Source: Gemmatimonadota bacterium
GTDB taxonomy: Bacteria > Gemmatimonadota > Gemmatimonadetes > Gemmatimonadales > GWC2-71-9
Reading direction: 5' to 3'
DNA: 64,000 nt
Assembly (NCBI GenBank): GCA_036679605.1
Contig: JAZDCZ010000419.1
Span: 202,038 to 266,037 of the forward strand
The notes under the pieces are model-generated. The model searched no databases. It had not been told where the DNA came from and saw nothing but the letters and a program-made list of their open reading frames with translations. Shown here one piece after another: positions 38,197-48,865 of the stretch (position 1 is its first letter; every line of letters starts with the position of its first letter). Both the position numbers and the translations under genes were made by a program.

Positions 38197-39393
38197 GTGC
38201 TCCGGGTGAGAATAGCGCTCGGAATCGCCTGCGCCATTCTAATCTCCGTCGAATCGGCGGCGGCACAGTTCCCGAATTTGCCGAAGCTAGGCGAAAACTG
38301 GGTAGACGTGGCTTACCCTATCGTCTTCTACGAGCCTCGCAACGGGCTTGTGGCCGGGTTTTACTACGCCCAGATCCGGCCCCCGGGTTTCGACGACTTC
38401 GACGAACCATCACCACACCGCGCTTCGGTTTCTCTGCAGGGGAAAATAGCGACGTCGGGATCCAAGTCTATCAAGCTGAATGCGCAATTTCCGAATTTCT
38501 TCCGAGGGTGGAAGTTGGGCTTCACCCTTTCGGCTCTTCGGGACGCTCGGCGAAACTATTTTGGGATTGGAAATGGCACAAAATTCGACGGAGATCTAAT
38601 AACCGATTCACAGCCTCGTTTCTTTCAATCCGACAACCGCCGTCTCTTCCTGCGCACCGAGGTCCAAAAACGCATACTTCCCTGGTTGCGGATTGTGAGC
38701 GGGTTCCACGCAGAGCGCTGGAGAATTGACACGCTCAAGGGGCCTAGCGTCCTTGGATCGGATGCGGCAGCCGGTATCGATCCCACGATCGGCCGCACCC
38801 AGGACGATGTCAGTGCCAGAATCGGAATCGTGATCGACCGCCGCGACGACGAACGCTCCCCGACACGTGGCTTCCTCATCGAAGGTATTGTCGGGGCGGC
38901 TGATTCAGGCGTGGCGGGTGATCTCAGCTACACCCGTGCCACCGTGTCTGTCTCAGGATATCGCATGGTCAGCGAACGAGTGTTGCTTGCAGCCAGGATA
39001 GTAGGACAGGGGATGAGTGGATCTGCTCCTATTGGCACCTACTACTTCGTCGAGGCCTCCGACAGGCCGCTGCAAGCACTAGGAGGCGGACAGTCCCACC
39101 GTGCTCTGTCCACTAACCGCTTCCTTGGAGAAGACAAGCTGTTCGCAAATATGGATATCCGCTATCTATGGATGGGAGAGCGCCACGTACTAACCGTAAG
39201 CCTTCTCGGATTCTTAGACGTAGGTCGTGTGTTCCACGACCCGGACGGCTTCCGTTTGACCATGAACGGGCTTCACGTTGGCGGTGGCGCAGGGCCCATC
39301 ATTACGATCGGAAGAGCCGGCGTGATTGGATTCACTGTCGGCCAGGGCGCCGACGGGACCAAGATCGTGGTCCATTCGCAGTGGACTTTCTAA
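38197..39393 (+). CDS. Omp85/BamA-TamA family outer-membrane beta-barrel protein
   Basis: Signal peptide AAA-Q; DRRDDERSPTRG, LGG..SHRA, FLDVGRV; ends WTF. Confidence 0.8.
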   Translation: MLRVRIALGIACAILISVESAAAQFPNLPKLGENWVDVAYPIVFYEPRNGLVAGFYYAQIRPPGFDDFDEPSPHRASVSLQGKIATSGSKSIKLNAQFPNFFRGWKLGFTLSALRDARRNYFGIGNGTKFDGDLITDSQPRFFQSDNRRLFLRTEVQKRILPWLRIVSGFHAERWRIDTLKGPSVLGSDAAAGIDPTIGRTQDDVSARIGIVIDRRDDERSPTRGFLIEGIVGAADSGVAGDLSYTRATVSVSGYRMVSERVLLAARIVGQGMSGSAPIGTYYFVEASDRPLQALGGGQSHRALSTNRFLGEDKLFANMDIRYLWMGERHVLTVSLLGFLDVGRVFHDPDGFRLTMNGLHVGGGAGPIITIGRAGVIGFTVGQGADGTKIVVHSQWTF

Positions 39394-39417
39394 ACAGTTC
39401 GACGAGCATGCACTCTT

Positions 39418-39945
39418 CTAAAGAATAACCAACACTTCCTTGAGAGTCGTGTTGCCCTTGTCCTTCGCATACCACCGACGCACGTACTTATATCGTTCAT
39501 CCTTCGGCATGGTGTCCTTGTGGGCCATCACCCATTCCTGCAACTCGGTCGGCCGTGGACCCCAATGACCCAGTTCCTTAAAATCGCAATCGAGCACGAT
39601 CACAATCGGAATCGACCTAGATCCATTCGTAAGGTATCGGTCCATTATTTCCGGGCGGTCATCTCGCTTTAGCAGCCGGACGTTCAGACAATGGGCCTCA
39701 TCGCCCAACTTGGCCAAGATTGGTACGGTGTTGCTCGCGTCGCCACACCAGTCCTCGGCTATAACAAGGAATCGCCTGCCTATTCCTTTCTCGCACGCCT
39801 CGTCTAACGCCCACTGGGGTATCTGCGCCAGACGATACACTCCTTCCCAAAGGGATCGGTTTTCCTTTGCTTCCTCCAAGAACTGCGTATACGGAATGGC
39901 CTCACCCCACAGGTTCTCAAAGTCGAGTTCATTCTCAATCGCCAT
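39418..39945 (-). CDS. Thioredoxin-family protein (WCGD type)
   Basis: AEDWCGDA; YLTNGSRSIP; WGPRP. Confidence 0.85.
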   Translation of the reverse strand: MAIENELDFENLWGEAIPYTQFLEEAKENRSLWEGVYRLAQIPQWALDEACEKGIGRRFLVIAEDWCGDASNTVPILAKLGDEAHCLNVRLLKRDDRPEIMDRYLTNGSRSIPIVIVLDCDFKELGHWGPRPTELQEWVMAHKDTMPKDERYKYVRRWYAKDKGNTTLKEVLVIL

Positions 39946-41092
39946 AGTTCTCCACTGGGCGCTCTTCAATCTCGATGCCCCGTTTCCCTAGTTCCGCCAC
40001 ATAGTCACGATACGGGGTCGCTTCGTACCCAGTTCGAACACCGTGTGCCGAGATCCGTCCATCCACCTGCATCTGCCCAGTAATGGACAGCGAGAACCCC
40101 GTGGTCCGCATCATTGCACTCATTTCGGTTTCCGCGTCGGCAAAGTCCAATAGCTCGAAGATTGCGGTAACCGGCACGGAGTCGGTCGTTCCTGTGACTA
40201 CCACCTTGAGCGCGACTACATCCTCGGAGTCTGGATTTCTGAGCTTGGGGTCGGCGACAGCGATGAACACGTCTCGCGGCGACACTTCCAGGTCGTTGAC
40301 GGTTACCGGTTCCACATCCAACAGACCTAGCTCACGGATCGCCCTCATTATCGTGGCGTGACCCGGATAGCGCAGTGTCTTGTACTCCATCGACTGCACT
40401 CCGCCCCAATCGTTCCAGGGCATAGTCGAGATGCCACCACCGGTATGAAACGCTTCAAGGGTGCCAAGTTCTTGAAACTCGACCGACTCTAAATCGGATA
40501 GGGCATCGACCTGAACCGGCTTCCCGTTCCTAACTACCCAGGACGGCGTCGTGTAGTAGTCCAGAGCACCTTCCAGCGAATACACGACCTTATAGTTGAG
40601 TGGTGGTTCCGGATGCCGCGGGAGACCTCCTACGAACATTTTCACCGAATCGACGTTTTCTACCCGCCGTATCCCCTCCGCTGCCAAGATGTTCACCATG
40701 CCCGGAGCGAGCCCACAATCCGGAACGATCGATAGGCCCTTAGCCCTGGCAGCCGCATCCAGGGTCTGTTGTTCTCGGACGATTTCCGTGTTGCCACCGA
40801 GATCACAGAAGTGGACCCCTGCCTCTACGGCCAGCCGAGCCAGTGGGTGGTTGAAATAATAGGGGATGGCGCTCATGACGGCATCATGTTCTCGCATGAC
40901 TCTTGAGACAGCTGGTTCCTCTCGCACATCGAGGGTGATAAGACTGAGACGCTGATTGAGAAAAGGCAGCAGGGTCCGAGGCAGATCTATCGACTGCGCA
41001 TCCGCAATCGTGACGCTGGCGTCGGTACACCTAAGTAGATCAAAGGCACAGGCCGTCCCTTGGAGCCCTGCACCTAACACTAGCATTCGCAT
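39935..41092 (-). CDS. Saccharopine dehydrogenase / lysine 6-dehydrogenase family
   Basis: LVLGAGLQG, DLGG, CGLAPG, VGGLP, YKTLRYPGH. Confidence 0.9.
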   Translation of the reverse strand: MRMLVLGAGLQGTACAFDLLRCTDASVTIADAQSIDLPRTLLPFLNQRLSLITLDVREEPAVSRVMREHDAVMSAIPYYFNHPLARLAVEAGVHFCDLGGNTEIVREQQTLDAAARAKGLSIVPDCGLAPGMVNILAAEGIRRVENVDSVKMFVGGLPRHPEPPLNYKVVYSLEGALDYYTTPSWVVRNGKPVQVDALSDLESVEFQELGTLEAFHTGGGISTMPWNDWGGVQSMEYKTLRYPGHATIMRAIRELGLLDVEPVTVNDLEVSPRDVFIAVADPKLRNPDSEDVVALKVVVTGTTDSVPVTAIFELLDFADAETEMSAMMRTTGFSLSITGQMQVDGRISAHGVRTGYEATPYRDYVAELGKRGIEIEERPVENYGD

Positions 41093-41196
41093 TGAGTTAC
41101 TCCATGTCTGCTATAACGTGCGGACGCGAAAGATAGACTGGCCCACGCCACGTTGGAATGGGGCAGTTGGCAAACCTGTCCAAACCGTATACCGTT

Positions 41197-41212
41197 GTGA
41201 GTGATGACTCAC
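41197..41212. promoter_or_regulatory. TetR operator candidate GTGAGT-N4-ACTCAC
   Basis: Inverted repeat overlapping the tetR start. Confidence 0.55.
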
Positions 41213-41812
41213 GTTGACGGTACCAGGAGATCAGGCCGGACGAAACGGGATCCCAAGGGGACCAGGGATCGACTGGTCCGCGCAGCGCTCGAACTCTTTA
41301 CCTCCAAGGGATACCACGCCAGCACCACCCCACAGATCGCGGCCATGGCAGGAATTGCCGAAGGGACGATCTACCGTCATTTCCAAAGCAAAGAGCATTT
41401 GCTGAACGAGATCTACCGGGCAGCGGTTCGACTACTTGCCAAACCTCTCCAAGATGCTCCAGGAGAAGCAACCTGCGCGGAACGCCTAGCGAGAATTGCC
41501 CACGAGTGGTGCAGCCTGGCCAGCACTACGCCGGCTTTGGTGACCATTGTCTTCGGAGACGACGCGGCTCTTCATCTCGACTCAAAGAGTCGCGAGAGCT
41601 ATTCGGAGCTGCGTAACGCGCTCGAAAAAATCGTGGCAGTAGGGAAGGGCTCTGGGGATGTGAGAGCCGGCTCTGTAGACGTATTGACTGATGTTTGGCT
41701 CGCGCTGGTGGTGCTTGGCCTCAAGCGTTCCGCGACACAAGACGACAGTTTTCATAGTGGTGCCGTGGAGCAGGTGCTCGATTGTGCCTGGTGGGCAATT
41801 CGGGAACGGTAG
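41201..41812 (+). CDS. TetR/AcrR family regulator
   Basis: AALELFTSKGYHASTTPQIAAMAGIAEGTIYRHFQSKEHL. Confidence 0.92.
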   Translation: MMTHVDGTRRSGRTKRDPKGTRDRLVRAALELFTSKGYHASTTPQIAAMAGIAEGTIYRHFQSKEHLLNEIYRAAVRLLAKPLQDAPGEATCAERLARIAHEWCSLASTTPALVTIVFGDDAALHLDSKSRESYSELRNALEKIVAVGKGSGDVRAGSVDVLTDVWLALVVLGLKRSATQDDSFHSGAVEQVLDCAWWAIRER

Positions 41813-41972
41813 CGCTAGCGACCCTCGGAGATTCGTCCTACCTCAACGAGCCACGACCCCTCGGGATCGGCCACTACAGACCTAGGCCGCATAGCAACAT
41901 TCAAGAAGGGTAGCTTCTAGACAAGTTTCGTTAATTGCTTAACGTACTGGCACCTTTGCCCGGAGATCGTAC

Positions 41973-43340
41973 ATGGCTGCACCCACAACTTCACCCCAGC
42001 GCGGTTCGTGGGGGAGTCACCTCGGATTCTTGATGGCTGCGGTTGGATCTGCCGTGGGCCTCGGCAACATGTGGCGCTTTTCATACGTGGCTGCCGAGGG
42101 CGGCGGAGCGACGTTTGTACTCCTGTATCTGGTGTTCGTGGCCGCCATCGGCATTCCTCTCATGACCTGCGAGCTGGTCGTGGGCCGGATGACTCAAGTA
42201 TCCCCGGTCGAGGCCCTGAAGCGACTCGGCGGATCGGCGTGGACGCCTGTCGCATGGTTGTTCGTCTTCTGCGGCTTCGGGATCCTGTCTTACTACTCGG
42301 TCATCGCGGGCTGGACCATGCGTTTCGCCTTTGACGGAATCCGGGGTGCAATTCCCCAGGACACGGCGGCGTATTTCGGGGCGGTCGGAACCGGTGTACC
42401 CGCCGTTGTAGGGCTTGTCCTGTTCATGGCGATAACGATCGTAATCGTGCTCGGGGGTGTTAAGAAAGGCCTGGAACGGGCGGCTATCGTCCTCATGCCG
42501 ATGCTATTCGTGCTGCTCGTAGGGCTCGCTATCTGGGCATCCACTCTTTCTGGTGGCGGAGCCGGCTACGCTTACTACTTGAAGCCACAGTTGAACGAAC
42601 TTCTCGACCCGACGATAATCACGAGTGCCGCGGGCCAGGCCTTCTTTTCCTTGAGCCTCGGCATGGGCGCCCTCATGACATACGCGTCTTACATGCGCAA
42701 CCAGCGGAATCTTGCCAAGGAGGCAGCGACGATCGCCATCGCCGATTTTGGGGTGGCGTTTGTGGCTGGTCTGATAGTCTTCCCCATCATCTTCCACTTC
42801 GACTTGGGTAACGCTGTAGGTCTGGGTGGGGCACTGCAGGACAACACGGTCGGTACCCTGTTCATCACGATTCCGCCCGCCCTACAAACTCTGGGTGACA
42901 AGGGCAACCTGATAGTAGGCGCATTTTTCGTGATGCTTTTCTTTGCCGCGTTAACCTCTTCCATCTCGCTCCTGGAGGTCGTAGTTGCCGCAATAATCGA
43001 TGGATGGGGATGGACTCGCAGGAAGGCCACGCTCACTTTCGGAATCCTCATCACGTTAATGGGAATCCCGTCTGCCCTCAGTCTCAACTTCCTTGGAGCG
43101 ACGGACAAGTTCGTCGGAACATTCCTCCTAATGTTCGGCGGGCTGCTGACGAGCTTGCTGGTCGGCTACAAGATTCTGCCCCAGGCGCAAGCAGAACTGA
43201 AAATAGGACTGGAAAACCCATTTGCACTGCGGGCCTTTACTGTTTTCGTGCGGTACGTTGCACCGCCAGTTCTGTTCGTTGTGCTGTTATTTGCGATTCC
43301 ATCTGTGCTCGCCGCATTCGGGACGCTGTTCGGTGGATAA
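41973..43340 (+). CDS. Sodium-dependent transporter (NSS/SNF family)
   Basis: GSAVGLGNMWRF; GQAFFSLSLG; AALTSSISLLE. Confidence 0.95.
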   Translation: MAAPTTSPQRGSWGSHLGFLMAAVGSAVGLGNMWRFSYVAAEGGGATFVLLYLVFVAAIGIPLMTCELVVGRMTQVSPVEALKRLGGSAWTPVAWLFVFCGFGILSYYSVIAGWTMRFAFDGIRGAIPQDTAAYFGAVGTGVPAVVGLVLFMAITIVIVLGGVKKGLERAAIVLMPMLFVLLVGLAIWASTLSGGGAGYAYYLKPQLNELLDPTIITSAAGQAFFSLSLGMGALMTYASYMRNQRNLAKEAATIAIADFGVAFVAGLIVFPIIFHFDLGNAVGLGGALQDNTVGTLFITIPPALQTLGDKGNLIVGAFFVMLFFAALTSSISLLEVVVAAIIDGWGWTRRKATLTFGILITLMGIPSALSLNFLGATDKFVGTFLLMFGGLLTSLLVGYKILPQAQAELKIGLENPFALRAFTVFVRYVAPPVLFVVLLFAIPSVLAAFGTLFGG

Positions 43341-43362
43341 TCGGCAATATCGGGGAGCTTGA

Positions 43363-44457
43363 TTACGTAGCGGTCGCGTAGACCCCGTCCAAGGCGCTCT
43401 CTCCCGGCGGAAGATTTGTCGTGCGGCTGGCCAGTGCCTCTTCGGCTGCTCGATCGACCTGCGCAGCAATCTCGTCTTCGACTCTCTCTAGTTCCTCGGC
43501 CGGTATGCCGTCACCTTTCAGGTACTCCTCGTAGAGGCCGATCGGATCGCGGGCACCCCAATGTTTGAACTCCTCCGCAGGGATCACGTTCCGCGCTTCC
43601 TGTTCATCGTGTGTGGCGTGTCCGCCCATCCGGAAGGTCTCTGCGGTTAGAAACACAGGTCCCTCGCCACCCCTACATTTGTCGGCTGCCAGGGTTGTCG
43701 CCGCGTACGCATCCAATACGTTATTGCCGTCGAACTGCCACCCCGCAGCTCCATATGCTTCGTGCAGCGCCTCAAAGGTCTCGTCGAGGTGACTCACAGA
43801 TACTCTAGTGCCCAAGGCGATCTGATTGTTCTGTATGATGAAGATGACAGGCAAGCGCTGGACCGCCGCAAAGTTGAACGCTTCATGGGTACCGCCGTGT
43901 TTCACCGATCCGTCGCCCACCCATGTAAGCGCTACACCTCTCTCGCCGCGCAACTTGAATGACAGCGCTATGCCTGAAGCGACCGGCGGCATGTTACCAA
44001 TATTAGATATCGGCTGAAGAACTCGGTGGGAGATGTCGCCCACGTGTCCGTCCCGCCCCTTTGACGGCGAGTCAAATGTACCCAAGTAGCCGCGCAGCAT
44101 ATCTGCGATCGACATCCCCATTTCGCAACACGCACCTGCGTTGCGGATCATTGGCGCTACGACGTCTGTGCCGCGATCCAGCGCATGGACCGGCCCGATT
44201 GTCGTGGCTTCCTCGCCCGTACCAAGCCAGGCTTTGGAGATGACTCCCTGTCTGACCCACCTCTTGAGCGTAATGTCGTGCAGACGAGTGCGTAGCATAC
44301 CGCTGTAGAGTTCCAGCTTGGCGTTACGGCTGAGCGACTCAACGATTGCAAACCGTTCGGGCTGGCTCGACAATGTTTCCTTGAAGTCGGTTACTAAAGT
44401 CGGGTCTGGTTCCCAACTCACATACTCCGCCGGATCTAAAACCGCTAGCCGTTTCAT
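43363..44457 (-). CDS. TPP-dependent 2-oxoacid dehydrogenase E1 alpha-like subunit
   Basis: GEEA, GDG..NN TPP motif, RMGGHATHD, RDPI; ATG 44457. Confidence 0.9.
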   Translation of the reverse strand: MKRLAVLDPAEYVSWEPDPTLVTDFKETLSSQPERFAIVESLSRNAKLELYSGMLRTRLHDITLKRWVRQGVISKAWLGTGEEATTIGPVHALDRGTDVVAPMIRNAGACCEMGMSIADMLRGYLGTFDSPSKGRDGHVGDISHRVLQPISNIGNMPPVASGIALSFKLRGERGVALTWVGDGSVKHGGTHEAFNFAAVQRLPVIFIIQNNQIALGTRVSVSHLDETFEALHEAYGAAGWQFDGNNVLDAYAATTLAADKCRGGEGPVFLTAETFRMGGHATHDEQEARNVIPAEEFKHWGARDPIGLYEEYLKGDGIPAEELERVEDEIAAQVDRAAEEALASRTTNLPPGESALDGVYATAT

Positions 44458-44526
44458 CGCTTTACAGGGTTCCTCTTGAGTGGTTCTCTGTCTAATATCC
44501 GACAATCGACACATGGGGAGCAAGTG

Positions 44527-45394
44527 CATGCTTCAGATTCATCCATCGCGTCACAAAAACCCGGCATGGTACACCGCTCTGGCAGCTGTGATTTGGTTTG
44601 GCCTGCAACCGAAAGTGGACCAATCATATCACATTCAAAGCGCAAACGACGCTGTTGCCGATTCGCTCATTTCGGTCTGGATTGACTCGGTTGGCGGAAT
44701 GCAGACGTACGAGAATTTCATTTCCGCATCGTACACCGTGACCACCGTACTCTACGATACGGTTTCCGGACGGGAAAAGCGCAGTCGGCCGCGTTATGTG
44801 TGGATCAAGAAAGGCCCCTACGGCGAACAGAGCCGAGTGGAGCGGTGGGAATCGGGTGGCCTCATACAACAGGGGTTCAACGGTCGCGATCCCGCTTGGG
44901 CGGCAGAAGCGGGCACCATCCTTCCGGACACCGCAAAGGATTCGCGTGAGTCACTCTATGTAGCACGCGATCTGTTTTATTGGATTGGCCTGCCGTACAA
45001 ATTGAGAGATCCCGGAGTTTTTCTCAATTACCTCGGCCTCAAGCGGCGTCCAGGCGCCGAGTTACGTGGCGGCGGTGTTCCAGCCGAACCTCACGACGGG
45101 CTCTACCATGCCGTCGGCGTCAGCTTCGGCGAAGGCGTTGGCGAGCATTCCGATGTGTTCGTCTACTACTTTGTGCCGGGACGTGGATTCCCCACTGAGG
45201 TTACATACGTCGAAGAGGGAAAAACCAGCTTGAATCGTGTACTTTGGGGTGAGACCAAGACGGTGGGCGATCTCAGCTATCCGTACGTGGTCGCTCGCAC
45301 GACGATCACTGAGTCAGGTAAGCGCTCCAAAATACTCGTCATTTCCGACTTGGTGATCAATCCCACGATCTCTCAGGCGTCCAGCAACGCCTGA
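44527..45394 (+). CDS. Exported hypothetical protein
   Basis: N-terminal hydrophobic segment; FYWIGLPYKLRDPG; start uncertain; 3' end overlaps the kinase gene by 22 nt. Confidence 0.65.
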
Positions 45395-46395
45395 CCCAAC
45401 TCCAGTGCCGTAGAGTACCTATCCTTCGGCTCGGTTTCGAGTGACTTCATCAGCACCGCTTCGAGCTTCTCTGGGAAGTCAGGCCGGTACTTCCGGAGCT
45501 TTGTTGGTTTACCTCGGAGCCGCATGATCATCATCTCCTGCGGCGAGCGTCCTTCAAAAGGTAACCGAGTCGTAAACATCTCAAAGGCAACGATCCCCAA
45601 AGCGTACACGTCACTCCGCGCATCGATATCTTTGCCCCTGATCTGCTCGGGGCTCATGAACTCCGGTGTTCCAAGAATGATCCCGGTGGCCGTCAGCTTC
45701 GCAACGCCAGGTTCTGGTCTGTTCTGCTTGGCCAAGCCAAAATCCATGACGACAGGGATATCGTTACCGCCTTCAGTCGAAAACATGATGTTTTCCGGCT
45801 TGAGGTCGCGATGAATAATGTTGTGCTGATGAGCGTAGTGGAGGCCTGAGCATATTTGGACGAGGTACTCAATCCCAATATCAACGTCCATGGGGCCGAC
45901 CTTCGCTTCACGATCCGAAAGGAGTTCGCCCCTTAGATACGGCATGACCAAGTAGATCAGACCATCTTCAGTCTCACCCAGCTGCAGGATGCGACAGATA
46001 TTTGGGTGCTCGAGTCGCATCGCCAAACCGGCTTCTCGGCGTAATCGCTGCACTGAATTGGCGTCGCGGCTCAGCTTTGGACTCAGGACCTTCACGGCCA
46101 GCGATGCGCCGGTATGCATGTCCTTTGCTTCGTAGACGAATGACATTCCGCCCTCGCCCAACCGTCGCACCACCTTATAGCGGTGATCCAAAACCTCGTC
46201 CGTCAGTGATGCCGCCCGATCGAGTGTGGCACCGCCTCTAGGTACGATCTTACGAGCTATGGTCGCCGATTCGTTGGGTACCACCGATGGTTGCCCGCCG
46301 CTGCCGGCAACATCCACCAGCGGACTTCCGTCCTTGGGACAGAAACGGGCCTCACCCTCATACACGTTCTTGCATCTCGGACAACGCCGACTCAT
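45373..46395 (-). CDS. Hanks-type Ser/Thr protein kinase with N-terminal Zn ribbon
   Basis: CPRC..CPKDG; LGEGGMS, AVK, HRDLKPEN, DFG, GTPEFMSPE. Confidence 0.95.
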   Translation of the reverse strand: MSRRCPRCKNVYEGEARFCPKDGSPLVDVAGSGGQPSVVPNESATIARKIVPRGGATLDRAASLTDEVLDHRYKVVRRLGEGGMSFVYEAKDMHTGASLAVKVLSPKLSRDANSVQRLRREAGLAMRLEHPNICRILQLGETEDGLIYLVMPYLRGELLSDREAKVGPMDVDIGIEYLVQICSGLHYAHQHNIIHRDLKPENIMFSTEGGNDIPVVMDFGLAKQNRPEPGVAKLTATGIILGTPEFMSPEQIRGKDIDARSDVYALGIVAFEMFTTRLPFEGRSPQEMMIMRLRGKPTKLRKYRPDFPEKLEAVLMKSLETEPKDRYSTALELGQALLDA

Positions 46396-47870
46396 GGTCT
46401 TACCCTATTGCGCCCATCGTGCTTCGCACGATAGAGCGCCTCATCCGCAAGGGCGATCAATGTTTCGGGCGTGGACTCACTCTCACGATCTACACTGGCT
46501 ACCCCGATAGAAACGGTCACTGTGAGTTCATCTCCGGTATCTGTGAACTCCGTGGTCGCCACGGCCTGTCGGACGCGCTCGGCAAAAATCAGCGCGCCCT
46601 CGGGTTCCGTATCCGGAAGCACGATCACGAATTCTTCTCCACCGTAACGAGCCGCCAAGTCAACAGAACGCGCCTCCGTGCGCAGTAGATCTCCAAGCTG
46701 TCGCAGAACACTGTCTCCGGCAAGGTGTCCCATCGTGTCATTGAATCTCTTGAAGCGATCTACATCGATCATTAGGATGCTCAGTTCGACATTGTACCTT
46801 CCAACGCGCTCGAGTTCCCGCTCGAGCTTCTCCATAAAAGCGCGGCGATTAAGACATCCCGTTAGTGCATCGATATTGGCGAGCCAACGGTATCGCTCGC
46901 GATCCGATTGGACCGTCTCCAACTGATACGCCTTCTCGATAGCGTTAACTGCTGTCTTGATGACCTCACCTGCAAACGATACGTCTGACCGTGTCAGGAT
47001 CGGCCCTTCACCCAGGGTTCGCAGAAAGAAAATTCCCGACCTGGTACCCTGGAGAGAGAATGGAATCGCAATTGCAGACTTGGTCGGCACCTTGATACCC
47101 TCTCTACGCCACTTTTCGCGAACCTCGGCGTAAAGAGGATCGGTTTGTATGTCTGGGACCAACACCGGTTGATTTGTATCGAGCGCCTTCCTAATCTCCG
47201 GATAACCATCCAGATGTATCTCTAAGTTTCTGAGAGCGGGGTTATCGGACGCAACCACAATGAGTCCGACCTCATTCCCCGGCTGCGGGATCACCAACGA
47301 ACACTTTGCGATCTTCAGGACATGCGCAACGCGGCGAGCTAAGATGTGATAGATCTCGTCAGGCTTGAGAGCGTCGGTGACCTCATGGAGGATATCGACC
47401 ATCTCTCCCCGAATCGTCGCCTCTTCTCCTCTCGCCTTCGCCTCTGCAGCGCGCTCGCGCGCCTCCTGTCGGGCTTGTCTTAGCGCCTTGCCCGTTCTCA
47501 GGTGCGCATCTACACGCGCCAACAATTCTTTGACTCGGAAAGGCTTCGAAATAAAGTCGCACGCGCCCATCCCCAAGGACTTTACGGTCCCTTCCTCCGG
47601 GGCCATGGACGAAATCATGAGGACCGGCAAATCCTGCCACCGTGCGTCTCGCTTCACCTGCTCCAGCAGCTGCAAGCCGTCTACTCGGGGCATCATGATG
47701 TCCAGCATCAGGAGATCTGGGGAGATTTCCTCGAGCTGGCACAGCAATTCGCCACCTTCAGACACTGTGCTCACCTCGTAGCCCCGGTCTTTCAGAATCC
47801 ACATGAGGGTGCTAAGAAGCGCCTCGTCGTCATCGGCGACTAGGATCTTGGCCTGTTCGACCTCGGTCAT
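46392..47870 (-). CDS. Diguanylate cyclase (REC-GAF-GGDEF)
   Basis: LVADD..LDIMMP..KPF receiver; GAF; RSVD I-site and RYGGEEF. Confidence 0.95.
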   Translation of the reverse strand: MTEVEQAKILVADDDEALLSTLMWILKDRGYEVSTVSEGGELLCQLEEISPDLLMLDIMMPRVDGLQLLEQVKRDARWQDLPVLMISSMAPEEGTVKSLGMGACDFISKPFRVKELLARVDAHLRTGKALRQARQEARERAAEAKARGEEATIRGEMVDILHEVTDALKPDEIYHILARRVAHVLKIAKCSLVIPQPGNEVGLIVVASDNPALRNLEIHLDGYPEIRKALDTNQPVLVPDIQTDPLYAEVREKWRREGIKVPTKSAIAIPFSLQGTRSGIFFLRTLGEGPILTRSDVSFAGEVIKTAVNAIEKAYQLETVQSDRERYRWLANIDALTGCLNRRAFMEKLERELERVGRYNVELSILMIDVDRFKRFNDTMGHLAGDSVLRQLGDLLRTEARSVDLAARYGGEEFVIVLPDTEPEGALIFAERVRQAVATTEFTDTGDELTVTVSIGVASVDRESESTPETLIALADEALYRAKHDGRNRVRP

Positions 47871-47877
47871 TGGCTGA

Positions 47878-48843
47878 TCAGCGATCGAATCCCTCCAGTG
47901 CGGCGATTATCTCCGGGTCCGCATTGCCTCCGCTAACCACCAGCACAATCGGCCCCGTGGGCCGCAGAGCACTGGACCGAACGGCAGCCGTTGTGACGGC
48001 GCCTGAGGGCTCCGCCATCACCGCCTGTTCGGATCGCAACCATAAGGTCGCCTCGGCTATCGCCGCATCCGAGACGACAACGGAATCCACTCGTCCTCTG
48101 AGATGGTTGAAGGTAACTGTGCCAACAGAAAGAGGAAGTAAACCGTCGGCTATGCTCTCGCAAGTACTTAGACGCACTGGGCGCCCGGCCTCGACTGCAG
48201 CCTTGAACGCGGCGGCCGATTCGGGTTCAACCCCGGTTATTCGGACCTCGGGACGTAACGCGCTCACTGCCGTTGTGACTCCTGCCGCCAACCCGCCGCC
48301 GCCCACCGGCACCGCCACATGGGCCACTTCCGGAAGCTGCTCGACAATCTCGAGACCAACCGTAGCCTGGCCGGCTATCACATCCGGATGGTCGAACGGC
48401 GGCACGATGGCGAGCCCCTCCCGCTCAGCAATTTCCTTGCCCTTGAGCAATCGATCTTCCGACGTGGTTCCGGCGTACACCACCTCGCCTCCCCACCGCA
48501 ACACGCCCTCAACTTTCAGAGCAGGAGCCGTCTCGGGCATGACAATGACGGCCCGAATACCCACCCGTTGTGCTGCATAGGCTACTGCCTGTCCGTGATT
48601 TCCGCTCGAATAGGTCAGCACGCCGTGAGCCCGACGCTCAGGTGACAAGCGGCTGACTGCCGTCCAGGCCCCACGTAGCTTAAACGCTCCGGTTGGATGC
48701 GTATTTTCTAGTTTGAGATATACGGGAAACCCGGTCAAATGCTCGAGACCGTCCGCCCGAACCAGTGGAGTGCGCTCGACCACTCCCCTCATACCGCGCG
48801 CGGCTTCGCGCACATCCTCGATGGAGACCCGTTCGTCCTCCAT
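47878..48843 (-). CDS. Threonine/serine dehydratase (PLP fold II)
   Basis: GAFKLRG, SSGNHGQA, PVGGGGL, EPSGA, SGGN; ATG 48843. Confidence 0.9.
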   Translation of the reverse strand: MEDERVSIEDVREAARGMRGVVERTPLVRADGLEHLTGFPVYLKLENTHPTGAFKLRGAWTAVSRLSPERRAHGVLTYSSGNHGQAVAYAAQRVGIRAVIVMPETAPALKVEGVLRWGGEVVYAGTTSEDRLLKGKEIAEREGLAIVPPFDHPDVIAGQATVGLEIVEQLPEVAHVAVPVGGGGLAAGVTTAVSALRPEVRITGVEPESAAAFKAAVEAGRPVRLSTCESIADGLLPLSVGTVTFNHLRGRVDSVVVSDAAIAEATLWLRSEQAVMAEPSGAVTTAAVRSSALRPTGPIVLVVSGGNADPEIIAALEGFDR

Positions 48844-48865
48844 CAGTGGTAGAATGCTCTCGTCG

